DNA of 64,000 nucleotides from Nitrospirales bacterium (GTDB lineage: Bacteria > Nitrospirota > Nitrospiria > Nitrospirales > UBA8639): the NCBI GenBank assembly GCA_965203295.1, contig CBDBCZ010000019.1, forward strand, positions 2,528,001 to 2,592,000, read 5' to 3'. The translations under genes and the position numbers were made by a program. Each line of letters begins with the position of its first letter. The first letter of the stretch is position 1. Positions 42,582-52,665 of the stretch are shown piece after piece. The notes below the pieces were generated by a model. That model searched no databases. It was given only the letters and a program-made list of their open reading frames with translations, and had not been told where the DNA came from.

Positions 42582-43312
42582 ATTCCCCATCCCCCACTCA
42601 CATGAATGTTACCCCCCGTCGTGTACCGAGCCTCGTCAGAAAGCAGATACCGCACGGCTGAAACCGTGTCAGACACCTCGCCGATGTAGCCTGCCGGGAC
42701 CTTCTTAGCCATCCCTGCTATTTCCTCTTCCGGGGCGCTTCCTGAATTGATAAAACCCGGAGAAATTGCGTTGACGGTAATGCCATCCGGAGCCAGCATC
42801 TTGGCAAGCGTCCTTGTGAGAATCAGAATCCCTGCCTTGGCAATATAATGTGCCGTGACCTGTGGTTGGGCCACCATTTGGTCAGCATTGGCCATACTGA
42901 AAGAAATGATCCTTCCGTATTTTCGTGCCTTCATTCCAGGCACCACTTCTTTGGCTAGATAGAAAACTGGATGAAGATTATTGCTCAGCATCTCTTCCCA
43001 ACCCTCAGGTGTTTCCTCAAGTAAATTGACACGATGATAGGGACCCGCACCATTAATTAAGACATCCACCTGACCCCATGTCTGTTCTACCCGGCGAACC
43101 AAAGCAGCGGAAGCCTTTGGATCGGACACGTCGCATTGGATCGCCAAAGCCTTTCCCCCACGTTCAACAATTTCCCGTTTCGTGTTCTCGGCATCCTGGC
43201 GACTTGTCCGATAACAGATCGTCACCGACCATTTTTGCGTCGCAAGATCAAGGGCAATGCCCCGTCCAATCCCTCGTGCACCTCCGGTGATGAGTGCGAC
43301 TCGTTCCGTCAT
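42578..43312 (-). CDS. SDR family oxidoreductase
   Basis: ITGGARGIG, YxxxK, VNAISPG. Confidence 0.92.
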   Translation of the reverse strand: MTERVALITGGARGIGRGIALDLATQKWSVTICYRTSRQDAENTKREIVERGGKALAIQCDVSDPKASAALVRRVEQTWGQVDVLINGAGPYHRVNLLEETPEGWEEMLSNNLHPVFYLAKEVVPGMKARKYGRIISFSMANADQMVAQPQVTAHYIAKAGILILTRTLAKMLAPDGITVNAISPGFINSGSAPEEEIAGMAKKVPAGYIGEVSDTVSAVRYLLSDEARYTTGGNIHVSGGWGI

Positions 43313-43469
43313 ACCTATGACTCCTTTCCTCATCTCATTTTTCTTCCTTAAATCAATGACTGTTTCACAAAAAACCCAGAACTCGAATCAAAGCTAATTG
43401 CCCTGAATCTGATGGCATACAATACACAATGTAGGAGAGAGGTGGTTCGGCATCTTGTTGCGTTTCCCT

Positions 43470-43646
43470 GCAGACTGTTCAAAAAGGCCCGCCAGGCCTT
43501 TGGCGCGCAGAGCGTACATGGGAGTATGTAAGCACGACAAAAGACCGACCTGCCTGCGGGAAGCCGCTTCGGGCGGAGCCAGGGAACGCCGCTGGCTTGT
43601 CAGCCGTAGCCTAAGCATAGGCTGGCGGACTTTTTCAACAGCCTGC
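43470..43646. mobile_element. MITE-like non-autonomous element with internal hairpins
   Basis: TIRs GCAGACTGTTCAAAAAG / CTTTTTCAACAGCCTGC (15 of 17 complementary); CTAG at the right end; no coding capacity. Confidence 0.75.
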
Positions 43647-43651
43647 TAGAT

Positions 43652-44428
43652 TCAAGACAAACTCTGCCGTCGAGAAAGGCGTTGAGACAACGTGCGAAGA
43701 ACACCTGCCGTTCGTATTGATAAGTTTTTTTGCCCAGCAACCCGTAATTCCTTCATCAACACAAGAAGGTCATCAATCGTATCGACATCCTGCATCTGGT
43801 CCAACACGCCAAAGGACAGCCCTAGAGCTTCGGCTTTGGCTTTGGTCTTGGATAGCACGTCTTTCGTGGACCAAGGAATACCCTCGAACAGTTCAGAAAC
43901 GGGTTTAGTCAGTCCGATAAGATAGTATCCCCCATCCACGGTGGGGCCTAGGACCAGATCTCGACTGTGGTCAGTGAGGAAAGTCATGCTTTCCCTTAGG
44001 ATCGAGGCTTGAAGCATGGGAATATCGGTCCCAATCAACATGGCCCGACGGTATCCTCTTTGAAACGCATTGTGGAAGGCATGGTCCATGCGCTCGCCCA
44101 GATCTTCCCCGACTTGATCCCACAATTGCACACCGTATCGCCCACCTACGGTTTGAAAAAACGGATGATCTTGGGACGGTGCGCAGGCTACCACACGATC
44201 GACTGCTTTAACCGATCGCGTTCGTTCGAGTATGTCTAGAACGAAACTCCCATGGAAGCTGGCAGCTTCATCGGAACTCAAGGGAGGGCAAAGACGGGTT
44301 TTGACTTCTCCAGGAATCGGAGCTTTGGCAAATATGATCAAGACGGTTTCTGAGGGTTCAGAAGCAACTGCAGAAGCGATCTTTCCTTTCTGACTAGCGC
44401 CTCGTTCTTGCCATGGTTTCTTTATCAT
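43652..44428 (-). CDS. TIGR04282-type arsenosugar-associated glycosyltransferase (DUF2064)
   Basis: IFAKAPIPGEVKTRL, Q.GEDLGERM, IGTDIP, LGPT.DGGYYLIG, DVDT..DL. Confidence 0.88.
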   Translation of the reverse strand: MIKKPWQERGASQKGKIASAVASEPSETVLIIFAKAPIPGEVKTRLCPPLSSDEAASFHGSFVLDILERTRSVKAVDRVVACAPSQDHPFFQTVGGRYGVQLWDQVGEDLGERMDHAFHNAFQRGYRRAMLIGTDIPMLQASILRESMTFLTDHSRDLVLGPTVDGGYYLIGLTKPVSELFEGIPWSTKDVLSKTKAKAEALGLSFGVLDQMQDVDTIDDLLVLMKELRVAGQKNLSIRTAGVLRTLSQRLSRRQSLS

Positions 44429-44447
44429 GGACGAATGGGGAAGAATA

Positions 44448-45188
44448 TTATCGGGTGGGCTTGTAAAAGTGGCTCAACGTGTGTGGACTCAACCCTAACC
44501 AATACAAAACACGCAAGGCCCACATACTGAGAATAGTCCGAAGCGGTCCATGTTGTTCCCAACGACGAAAAGACGTCGTGACCTTTATCAAAATGGCAGC
44601 GATGTCTCCCTGACGTTTCAACCGTTTTGTAAACTCGATGTCTTCCATGATTGGAATGTCGGCAAATCCACCCATCTGATCAAACACGGATTTCCGAACG
44701 AACACAACCTGATCACCTGTGGCAATCCCAGTCAGTCGGGATCGCCAATTCATCATTCGGCTGATGACCCAAGCGTACCCACGATCTTCCTCAAATTGAA
44801 TATCGAACCGGCCACCAACACATCGTTGGTTTTCCATTGCTTGGGCAATAGCAGCAAGGGACGTGCGTGGCAAAAGGGTGTCGGCGTGTAGGAATACCAT
44901 AATGTCGGTTTGCAGAGCTGCAGCACCCGTATTCATTTGCCGAGCCCGGCCTCTTGGCGACGACAAAAGTTTCGTCGAACTCGTCCCGCTATTTCGCACA
45001 TAGGACTCGACGACTTGAAGCGTGTGGTCCTGGCTGCCTCCATCCACGATCACAATTTCATCGAAAGCACATTGCCGAAGGTATAAGAATGTGCGAGGTA
45101 GAGCCTGTTCTTCGTTAAAGGTTGGAATGACCAGCCCGGTTGTCAAGTGTGGTGAGGGAGATCCATTCATGGGCGAAGATGAAAGCAT
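44448..45188 (-). CDS. TIGR04283-type arsenosugar-associated GT2 glycosyltransferase
   Basis: VDGGS.D, GRARQMN.GA, FLHADT, TGDQ, PIMED, TS.RRW. Confidence 0.88.
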   Translation of the reverse strand: MLSSSPMNGSPSPHLTTGLVIPTFNEEQALPRTFLYLRQCAFDEIVIVDGGSQDHTLQVVESYVRNSGTSSTKLLSSPRGRARQMNTGAAALQTDIMVFLHADTLLPRTSLAAIAQAMENQRCVGGRFDIQFEEDRGYAWVISRMMNWRSRLTGIATGDQVVFVRKSVFDQMGGFADIPIMEDIEFTKRLKRQGDIAAILIKVTTSFRRWEQHGPLRTILSMWALRVLYWLGLSPHTLSHFYKPTR

Positions 45189-45249
45189 GACCGAACGATG
45201 ACAAAATATTGTGATCAGAAGACGAGGGAGTAGCCCCTCAATAGGCAGA

Positions 45250-45699
45250 TTAGGAACCAGTCGAGGGTTTTTTAGGTGTTTGAAACATGAAATAGACAAC
45301 CATGCCAATCGTCCCCCAATAAATCACATACTTATGCCAAAACAAGACCTCACCAAAATGGAAGAAGACAAGAGCGCAAATCACCGATAAGACAATGACG
45401 ATATAACGAGTAGTGGGCTTCTCAATAGATGAATACGCCCAAAGTGCCATGCCGGTAAAATACAGTATCATGGGAAACACATTGATTTCAGCACCTGTGC
45501 TCGCGGACATGAAGACCTGGATGAATCCAATAAAGACCATGGCACTCCCGACCATCCGCATGCCGACTTTCATTTGGCGATCTTCACTACCCTCCTGTTC
45601 TTCCTCTTGTGGATGCGGGAGCCTCGGGGTTGGGCTCGGAAATGAGGCCTGAGTTTCAGGATTTCCGAGTGACTGATCGTTTTCTGAATCAGATGTCAT
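45250..45699 (-). CDS. Hypothetical membrane protein (about 4 TM)
   Basis: Acidic leader, then hydrophobic helices; starts 2 bp after the dcd stop. Confidence 0.75.
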   Translation of the reverse strand: MTSDSENDQSLGNPETQASFPSPTPRLPHPQEEEQEGSEDRQMKVGMRMVGSAMVFIGFIQVFMSASTGAEINVFPMILYFTGMALWAYSSIEKPTTRYIVIVLSVICALVFFHFGEVLFWHKYVIYWGTIGMVVYFMFQTPKKPSTGS

Positions 45700-45701
45700 G
45701 C

Positions 45702-46862
45702 TTACCACTTGAAATGTTTGCTGAGAGTTAGTCCCTGCTGATAATACGAGGACCCTAGCGAAGAACCGTACAGGTGATCGGGCGTCTCCACCATCTTTTC
45801 GTACACAACTTTGAAGAACGTCTGGCCATCATGAATGAGAAAGGGAACGTCGTGAGGGCGGACCTCCAGCACAACCTGAGTTCCCCTGCGTTTTCCATGA
45901 GTGACCCCAAATCCCGGGTCGAAAAAGCCTGCATAATGCGTTCGAAGTTCCCCGAACGCGGCTTCATAGGCCACCATTTCTGCGGCGTAGTCGCCAGGAA
46001 CCTGAATGCGTTCTTTGGATGCCAGAATATAAAACTCTTCAGGTTCCAACAAAATTGTTCCATGGGGACTGTGCGTAATGGGTTCCCAAAAGTCAAACGC
46101 GGAGTAATGTCCAATTTTTAGCAAATCAATGACATGGCTGTTTTTTTTAGCCCGGTAACCAACAATAGGATGAGGCGAGTCAGGATGTCCTTGCAAGTCC
46201 ACCCGAAGAAACAACCCTTTGTCCACGCGGATTTCACGGGAAGTGAGCGAACGATTTCGCAGCCCGTCCTCACTATTGTGGTACAGCAAGAAGGTACCCC
46301 GATGGACTGAACGAAGTCGTGAATCAGAAACGGTTGGTCTCCCCGACACCAACCGAAGCTGATTCAGGGAAAGTCCGGTTTGGATGCGTATCGTAAACGA
46401 CCGTGGAACGATTTCCAGGTAAAGCGGACCCCGATACCCTGGCCGAATCTCATCAAACCCAACATTCAGATCCGTGATGACACGCGTAAAAATATCTAAC
46501 CGACCCGTGGAGCTTTTGGGATTCGTGCGGCCTTTCAAGTTTTTTGGAAGTTGGAGGTATTCAAGTAATGGGACAAGATACACATGCCCTTTTTCGAGAA
46601 TGGCTCCATCCCGAAGGTCCATTTCATACATCACCAGATCCGACTGGTAGAGATCCATCACGTTTAAACGGCTTCGAATCTCGGTCCGTTCGGGAAGGAA
46701 ACTGCTTAACAGACGATAGGCCTTTGTCCCCAGACGTAAATCCAGGCTCGCTGGTTGGATTTGTTTGTCGTCGATTGGAAGATTCGCGGTAATCGCTCCG
46801 CTGACGATGAGGTCCTTCAGGTGTTGATAGGGAAGAATGCCTTGTTTCCGAGAGTTCGGCAT
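45702..46862 (-). CDS. dcd: 2'-deoxycytidine 5'-triphosphate deaminase (long two-domain type)
   Basis: QIQPASLDLRLG, NPKSSTGRLD, HYAGFFDPGFG, QGL.LSKHF; TAATG overlap with the kamA-like gene. Confidence 0.85.
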   Translation of the reverse strand: MPNSRKQGILPYQHLKDLIVSGAITANLPIDDKQIQPASLDLRLGTKAYRLLSSFLPERTEIRSRLNVMDLYQSDLVMYEMDLRDGAILEKGHVYLVPLLEYLQLPKNLKGRTNPKSSTGRLDIFTRVITDLNVGFDEIRPGYRGPLYLEIVPRSFTIRIQTGLSLNQLRLVSGRPTVSDSRLRSVHRGTFLLYHNSEDGLRNRSLTSREIRVDKGLFLRVDLQGHPDSPHPIVGYRAKKNSHVIDLLKIGHYSAFDFWEPITHSPHGTILLEPEEFYILASKERIQVPGDYAAEMVAYEAAFGELRTHYAGFFDPGFGVTHGKRRGTQVVLEVRPHDVPFLIHDGQTFFKVVYEKMVETPDHLYGSSLGSSYYQQGLTLSKHFKW

Positions 46863-47983
46863 TACAGTTCGTCCATTGCGCCCTGACTGCATACACCCTG
46901 TCCGATTGGAGCGCCGACCATGGGCAGCTCACGACGTCCCTGCTCTGGCTGAGGATAGTGGTAGGTTTTGTTTTCGTAGTTCTTCAAGACAGCCCCTTTT
47001 TCGTCTAGGTTCAGCAAATATTCATTGGGAAGGATAGGGATTTTGCCACCGCCTCCTGGGGCATCAATCACGAGATGCGGGACCGCCATACCGCTGGTGT
47101 GCCCTTGCAACATTTGAATGATATTCAAACCCGTCTCAATAGGCGTTCTAAAGTGGTTGGTTCCTTTCGTGAGGTCCGCTTGGTACAAGTAATAGGGTTT
47201 GATCCTCGCGAGGAGCAATTGGTGCATCAGCCGTTTCATGACCTCAGGGTCGTCGTTGACACCTTTGAGCAACACCGTCTGCGCACCAAGAGGAATTCCC
47301 GCATCAGCCAAACGGCCACAGGCTTCTTTCACCTCAGGGGTCAGTTCATCTGGATGATTAAAATGCAAATTCATGTAAATGGGGTGATATTTTTTTATGA
47401 TGGCACACAGTTCCGGAGTAATGCGTTGAGGCAGTGTGCCGGGAACTCGTGTGCCAAAGCGAATCAACTCGAGGTGAGGGATCGTCCGAAGGGCTTTTAA
47501 AATCCGTTCAATCAAATTGTCGGGGAGTAACAGCGGATCTCCTCCAGACAAAATGATATCCCGAACCTCCGTATGCTCACGAAGATAGATAATGGCCTGA
47601 TCCAACTCACCTTTTTTCAGAAACCCTGGTTTTCCGACCAACCGTTTCCGTGTACAGAATCGGCAGTAAATCGGACATTGGTTCGTGACCATGAGGAGGA
47701 CTCTGTCTGGGTAACGATGGACCAAGTGAGGGACAGGACTATCGGTGTCTTCTTCGAGGGGATCATCGGGGGCATTGAAATCGTCCATTTCAATGACTTC
47801 CGGCACGACCTGCTTCCAAATGGCATCTCCCTTTTCTTTTATGGTGGAGAGGACTGTTGGGGTAATGCGCATAGGGTAGGCCCCAACAACCTCTTCCACT
47901 TCTTTGGGGTCCACGCCGAGATGCTTGGCCAAGTCTTTTGGTTTGGTAATGCTCGCGGCTAGGACTTGCTTCCAATCTTCCAT
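46862..47983 (-). CDS. KamA-family radical SAM 2,3-aminomutase
   Basis: HRYPDRVL, CPIYCRFCTRKR, SGGDPL, PYYLYQ.D, DAPGGGGK. Confidence 0.9.
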   Translation of the reverse strand: MEDWKQVLAASITKPKDLAKHLGVDPKEVEEVVGAYPMRITPTVLSTIKEKGDAIWKQVVPEVIEMDDFNAPDDPLEEDTDSPVPHLVHRYPDRVLLMVTNQCPIYCRFCTRKRLVGKPGFLKKGELDQAIIYLREHTEVRDIILSGGDPLLLPDNLIERILKALRTIPHLELIRFGTRVPGTLPQRITPELCAIIKKYHPIYMNLHFNHPDELTPEVKEACGRLADAGIPLGAQTVLLKGVNDDPEVMKRLMHQLLLARIKPYYLYQADLTKGTNHFRTPIETGLNIIQMLQGHTSGMAVPHLVIDAPGGGGKIPILPNEYLLNLDEKGAVLKNYENKTYHYPQPEQGRRELPMVGAPIGQGVCSQGAMDEL

Positions 47984-48088
47984 ATCTGACTCCTTCTTAG
48001 ATGTTCGATGCGTCGACTCTCTTCAATCGGGAGCAATTGGGATAACAAGGTAACAACACGTGAAGGCCCTCAACTCTAGCAAGTTTGA

Positions 48089-48328
48089 TCAGGCATTGCC
48101 TGAATAGGATTCCAAAAAATTCAAAATATCTTCTGTCTCAGTGAGAATCGTATCTCCATCGACAAGAACCGGAACATAGTTTTGACCGGAGATTTCGTAG
48201 ACTTGTTTTCGAAGGGGTCGAAAATCAGGAACGACAACATCCTCATACGGAATGTTTAACTCCTCGAGTTTTTCACGGACGAGAGTACATTCAGGGCACC
48301 AGGTCGTATGATAGAGCGTCATGACCAA
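48089..48328 (-). CDS. Glutaredoxin-like protein
   Basis: WCPEC, VPVLVDG. Confidence 0.85.
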   Translation of the reverse strand: MVMTLYHTTWCPECTLVREKLEELNIPYEDVVVPDFRPLRKQVYEISGQNYVPVLVDGDTILTETEDILNFLESYSGNA

Positions 48329-48341
48329 ACAGTCTCACGAA

Positions 48342-49811
48342 TCAAAAGACCGTTTCGGGTGCCTTTTCGTCCGTCGCGAGTGAACAAGGTACCATGATCG
48401 CATCTCTCATCCCGTGTATGATTTTTTTATCTTTGGGGCAGATAGTGGCCAAGATTCCCCCTAACTTAGCTTGGTCACCTTCCACAAAATAATAGGGCGA
48501 CAGTCGAACTCTTCCTGACATGAGGACACATTCGGTCTTGGCAAAATCATGATACTGGACATCAAATTTTCGCCCTTTATGAAAATCCTGCAAGATATAC
48601 GGTGTAGAAGAAAAGGCCTCCAGCGCTCGTTGGAGAGTCGTCGCCCATTCCGTTTGAGGAAGATCATGCCCGATGGAAACACCACGCCCCCCCCAGGCTA
48701 ATTCCGAGAATCCTGACGGTTTCACCACAAAGCTCCGTTGTCGTTGCGTGGCATAGACCAAGTCATTACAATCAGACACGGCATGACCATCCATATGCAA
48801 ATGGGGAATCACGGCGGTGGGTGGCAGGGGGTGAGGATCCAAAACCCAGGTGCGAGGCATAAGACGCAAGAGTAGATCAAAGGTCTCATTCCCCATCACT
48901 TTGGCCCAAAAAGGTTCCAGTATGGGATGATGCAGCAGAGCAAAGCCCAATTTTTCTTCTAGCCAGGGCTTATATGGAGGAGTGACGATGGTCCGGCCTT
49001 TTTTGGCGGCATACATCACTAACTCCGATTTCGGAATATTTTTGAGATCGAACAATTCAAAAAATCGGTAAACAAGTGAAATGGGTCTTTCAGCACCACT
49101 TTGAGAGAGAAAGAGTCCTTCTTCACTAAAGCGAATTTCTCTGGGGTGAACACAATAGGTTTCGACTGAGAGGGTCGTCAGTTGAGAAGCAACCCAGGTC
49201 ATTTCTGCTCGGTAATCTTCTGCTTCATCTGAAACCACAATCGCGACACAACCGGAATGCTCTCCCATCCATCTGCGAGCCATACTGGCAAAAGCTCGAA
49301 TCATGCCGTCTTCGCCGCCAAGAATCCGATCTCCAAGTTTGGCATAGGCTTGTGAAAGACTTCCGGTCGTCCCAATTCCACCAGGAACAGAGTCCAGTTC
49401 GGTAATACAGAGGCCAGTCTCCGTAGGAATGATATCGGGGCGAATGACATCGGGAAGCACCTGACGAAATCGTTTCATTCGCCCAAAGGCAATGAGATCC
49501 GATGGTTTGCCTTGGTCCATATAGCGAGCGACCCACGCTGGCTGTTCCCCGCGAACGCTTTCAAAATAAAGATGATTGAGCGCACGGTAAAAGATAAGAA
49601 GATGATTCCCCAAAGATTCCAAAAAAGCCGCATCGTGCCTCGACAGAGGGAAAGGATTCGGTGATACCCGCCATTGAGGCTCAAAGTCGGGCTCAAACAA
49701 ACCATCTTTGACCAACGCGTCGTACACGTACTGGCTCCGGCTTGTGAGTCTTTCATAATCTTCGGCAGGGGTTACCACCTGGCCAGGGATGGGGGCTTCA
49801 CCTTTGAACAT
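48342..49811 (-). CDS. ATP-grasp-like (glutathionylspermidine synthase / circularly permuted type) protein
   Basis: IRPD, TELDSVPGG, VYRFFE, VVKPSG...WG.RGV.IG, ILQ.F. Confidence 0.6.
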   Translation of the reverse strand: MFKGEAPIPGQVVTPAEDYERLTSRSQYVYDALVKDGLFEPDFEPQWRVSPNPFPLSRHDAAFLESLGNHLLIFYRALNHLYFESVRGEQPAWVARYMDQGKPSDLIAFGRMKRFRQVLPDVIRPDIIPTETGLCITELDSVPGGIGTTGSLSQAYAKLGDRILGGEDGMIRAFASMARRWMGEHSGCVAIVVSDEAEDYRAEMTWVASQLTTLSVETYCVHPREIRFSEEGLFLSQSGAERPISLVYRFFELFDLKNIPKSELVMYAAKKGRTIVTPPYKPWLEEKLGFALLHHPILEPFWAKVMGNETFDLLLRLMPRTWVLDPHPLPPTAVIPHLHMDGHAVSDCNDLVYATQRQRSFVVKPSGFSELAWGGRGVSIGHDLPQTEWATTLQRALEAFSSTPYILQDFHKGRKFDVQYHDFAKTECVLMSGRVRLSPYYFVEGDQAKLGGILATICPKDKKIIHGMRDAIMVPCSLATDEKAPETVF

Positions 49812-50171
49812 GTTATGACAATTTGATGAGTGAGGTCAGGTTATGGGAACGGGTCACGCTATAGAAGGCACCTATGGTGTCATCATTGCGGCCTTACCAT
49901 CAAGAACAAAGGATTCAGAGGGGTAACGCCCTTGATGAAAGTCAACGCGTCGGCAACAAAGATAATCGTACCATGCTCTTGAAGAATCAGACAAGGGAAG
50001 TGATGCAAAAACAACGTGCGATTGACTGGACACAGAGACCTTCACCCCCATGTTTTCTGAAAATTTCCTGCACAGAACGGCAATCTTCCATGTCGTTCAC
50101 GGTGAATCTTTTCACAAGATCGTTCCTTCTCGTTCTCGATCGTCTCAGAGACCACGAATGAGCTTGTCCCC

Positions 50172-50208
50172 CTTATGAGTGGACAGTCTTATGAGTGGAC
50201 AGTATAAT
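50172..50208 (+). promoter_or_regulatory. Sigma70 promoter containing a 16-bp tandem duplication
   Basis: CTTATGAGTGGACAGT x2 (50172-50203); TGGACA (50180-50185)-17 bp-TATAAT (50203-50208). Confidence 0.7.
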
Positions 50209-50276
50209 GACCTACGTAACAGGTGCGGCTTCAATCTCTTGATTGGATCATTGGTCGGGCAGAAGGGATCAAAGAC

Positions 50277-51089
50277 GTGAAGGGTAAAGAATTCAACATT
50301 GAGCAATTTCATGTCACCGAACAGCCCTTTTACGAGGAGGTCAATGGCGAAATCGGGCTCGTCGAGATTGCAGCACAAACCCAGATGCCCGTGATGCTGA
50401 AGGGGCCAACTGGCAGTGGAAAAACTCGATTTGTGCAGTTCATGGCCCATCGGTTAGGACATCCGCTCATTACCGTGGCGTGTCATGAGGATCTGACCGC
50501 GTCGGACTTGGTGGGACGATACCTCCTGAAGGGAGAAGAAACGGTGTGGATAGATGGGCCGTTAACGCTCGGCGTCAAGAATGGGGCCATTGTGTATTTG
50601 GACGAAATAGTTGAGGCCAGAAAGGACACCACGGTCATCATTCATCCACTCAGTGATGATCGGCGAATGCTTCCCTTGGAAAAACGTGGCCAGATGATCG
50701 AAGCCGTCGATGAGTTTATGCTGGTGATATCATACAATCCGGGCTATCAAAGTGTGCTCAAAGATCTCAAGCAAAGCACCAAGCAACGATTCATGGCTAT
50801 CGAGTTCACCTATCCCCCTATGGAGATCGAAACACGTATTATAGAACATGAAGCACGAATTGATAGAGAAACCGCCCAGCGTCTTGTCAAGCTTGGTAGC
50901 AAGGTCAGAAATTTGAGGAGTCATGGGCTTGAAGAAGGCGTGAGTACGCGTCTGCTCATTTACGCGGGTTCCCTTATTCAAAAAGGTGTTTCCCCTGAGC
51001 GGGCCTGTGAGGCCGCGATCACTCGACCCATTACGGATGATGCGGACATGCATCGAAGTATTCAAGAACTCGTCAAGGCTATTTTCTAA
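50277..51089 (+). CDS. CbbQ/NirQ/NorQ family AAA+ ATPase
   Basis: [49 protein letters not shown]. Confidence 0.93.
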   Translation: MKGKEFNIEQFHVTEQPFYEEVNGEIGLVEIAAQTQMPVMLKGPTGSGKTRFVQFMAHRLGHPLITVACHEDLTASDLVGRYLLKGEETVWIDGPLTLGVKNGAIVYLDEIVEARKDTTVIIHPLSDDRRMLPLEKRGQMIEAVDEFMLVISYNPGYQSVLKDLKQSTKQRFMAIEFTYPPMEIETRIIEHEARIDRETAQRLVKLGSKVRNLRSHGLEEGVSTRLLIYAGSLIQKGVSPERACEAAITRPITDDADMHRSIQELVKAIF

Positions 51090-51117
51090 TTTCGTTGAAT
51101 CGAGAAAAGGACGTCCT

Positions 51118-51549
51118 GTGAAAAGGTGGATTGCAGGGATGTTGGCTGGGGTGATTCTCACGTTGACCGGATGTGGCAACCTGTTTCATCCACAAGCCCA
51201 GGAATATCTCGAACAGGCCAAAGGGCCGACAGCAGTTGACACCGCACTCTCTCTGACGCGAATGATGCAAGAAAGTATTCAGCAGGCCATGATCGATCCT
51301 GAGAGTACCGAAGCCTTGGATAGGTTGCATAACCAATTCCATGCTTTGCATGAGGTCTTCTGTCAATTTCCTGAAGGCCAAAGATCCCAAACGGCTTATA
51401 TCCATGCGGCAACTCTTCAAAAGGAAATGCGAACCGTGTTTCATCGGCTTTGGAAATATCGGGAAGACCCTGTTCTCCGCAATCTTCACCTCGGCCTTTT
51501 TGCCGCACGACTTCGGGAGTTTCAATTAGCTCTTCAAGGGCTCTCATAG
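51118..51549 (+). CDS. His-rich helical lipoprotein
   Basis: Lipobox LTGC; LHNQFHALH. Confidence 0.7.
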   Translation: MKRWIAGMLAGVILTLTGCGNLFHPQAQEYLEQAKGPTAVDTALSLTRMMQESIQQAMIDPESTEALDRLHNQFHALHEVFCQFPEGQRSQTAYIHAATLQKEMRTVFHRLWKYREDPVLRNLHLGLFAARLREFQLALQGLS

Positions 51550-51621
51550 GTTGATTGCTCCTTCAGCAGTTTCATTCCTATACAGAGCTGCGTTTCTTTC
51601 TTAACAGGAGAGCAAAACAGC

Positions 51622-52500
51622 ATGCCAGAACCGCATAACATTATCGCCATCGTCTATGATTTCGATCACACACTCAGCCCACATTATATGCAAAACCACA
51701 CCATTCTTCGGCAAGCCCGGATCGATCCCAAAGAATTCTGGCTAAGCTGTACGGCTCTGATTAAAGAAAAAGGGTATGACCAAGAATTGGCGTATATGAA
51801 ACGCATGCTTGAGCATGAATCAATCAAAACCCTGTCCAATCAAGACTTGCAGAAGATGGGGGCTGATCTCACCTTTTTCCCCGGTGTCCCAGATGTCTTT
51901 GCGGAATTGAATGCCATCGTTGAGCAACCGACGTATAGAGAATGGGACATTCATTTGGAGCATTATGTGGTGAGTTCAGGACTCAAAGCCATTTTAGATG
52001 GCAGTGAAATTGCGAAGTGGACGAAGGCGATGTGGGGTTGCGAGTTTGATGAAGAAGGTGGGCATATCAGTTTTCCCAAACGAACCATCAGTCACACGCA
52101 AAAAACACAATACCTGTTTCGGGTAAACAAAAATCTGCTCAATATGGATCAAGATGTGAACGATCATATGCCAGAGGAAGCGCGGCGTGTTCCTTTTCGG
52201 AATATGATCTATTTGGGAGATGGCCCGACCGATGTTCCCTGTTTTACGGTCATTAAGAAAAACGGAGGGTTAGCCATCGCGGTCTACAATCAGGACGATC
52301 TCAGCCGTCAGTCGTTTAAAAAGTGTTACGATCTCGTCCGGCGTGCTGAGCGAGTTCACTTCATGGCTCCCGCTGACTATCAGAAAGGGAGCCCGCTTCG
52401 ACTGATTCTCGAACAACACCTTACAGAACTTGCTGACAGCATGGTGGAACGACGTCGACAAGGCATTGAAGAGACTCGTGTGCCTGCCCCGATGCCATAG
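51622..52500 (+). CDS. HAD-like hydrolase
   Basis: YDFDHTL, VVSSG, YLGDGPTDVPC. Confidence 0.88.
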   Translation: MPEPHNIIAIVYDFDHTLSPHYMQNHTILRQARIDPKEFWLSCTALIKEKGYDQELAYMKRMLEHESIKTLSNQDLQKMGADLTFFPGVPDVFAELNAIVEQPTYREWDIHLEHYVVSSGLKAILDGSEIAKWTKAMWGCEFDEEGGHISFPKRTISHTQKTQYLFRVNKNLLNMDQDVNDHMPEEARRVPFRNMIYLGDGPTDVPCFTVIKKNGGLAIAVYNQDDLSRQSFKKCYDLVRRAERVHFMAPADYQKGSPLRLILEQHLTELADSMVERRRQGIEETRVPAPMP

Positions 52501-52665
52501 GACTGGTGTCTACTTTCAACTTGATTTTCAGCCATTGTTTCAATGTCCAGGCTTGAGAAAACCTCATTATTCTGTCCACCTAGAGCATGTATTGCACATC
52601 CTGTCGTGAGAGGGGTAAGCTAATCTAAGGTGAATCTCAAGATACCCTATGTGAAGAGGTGACTT

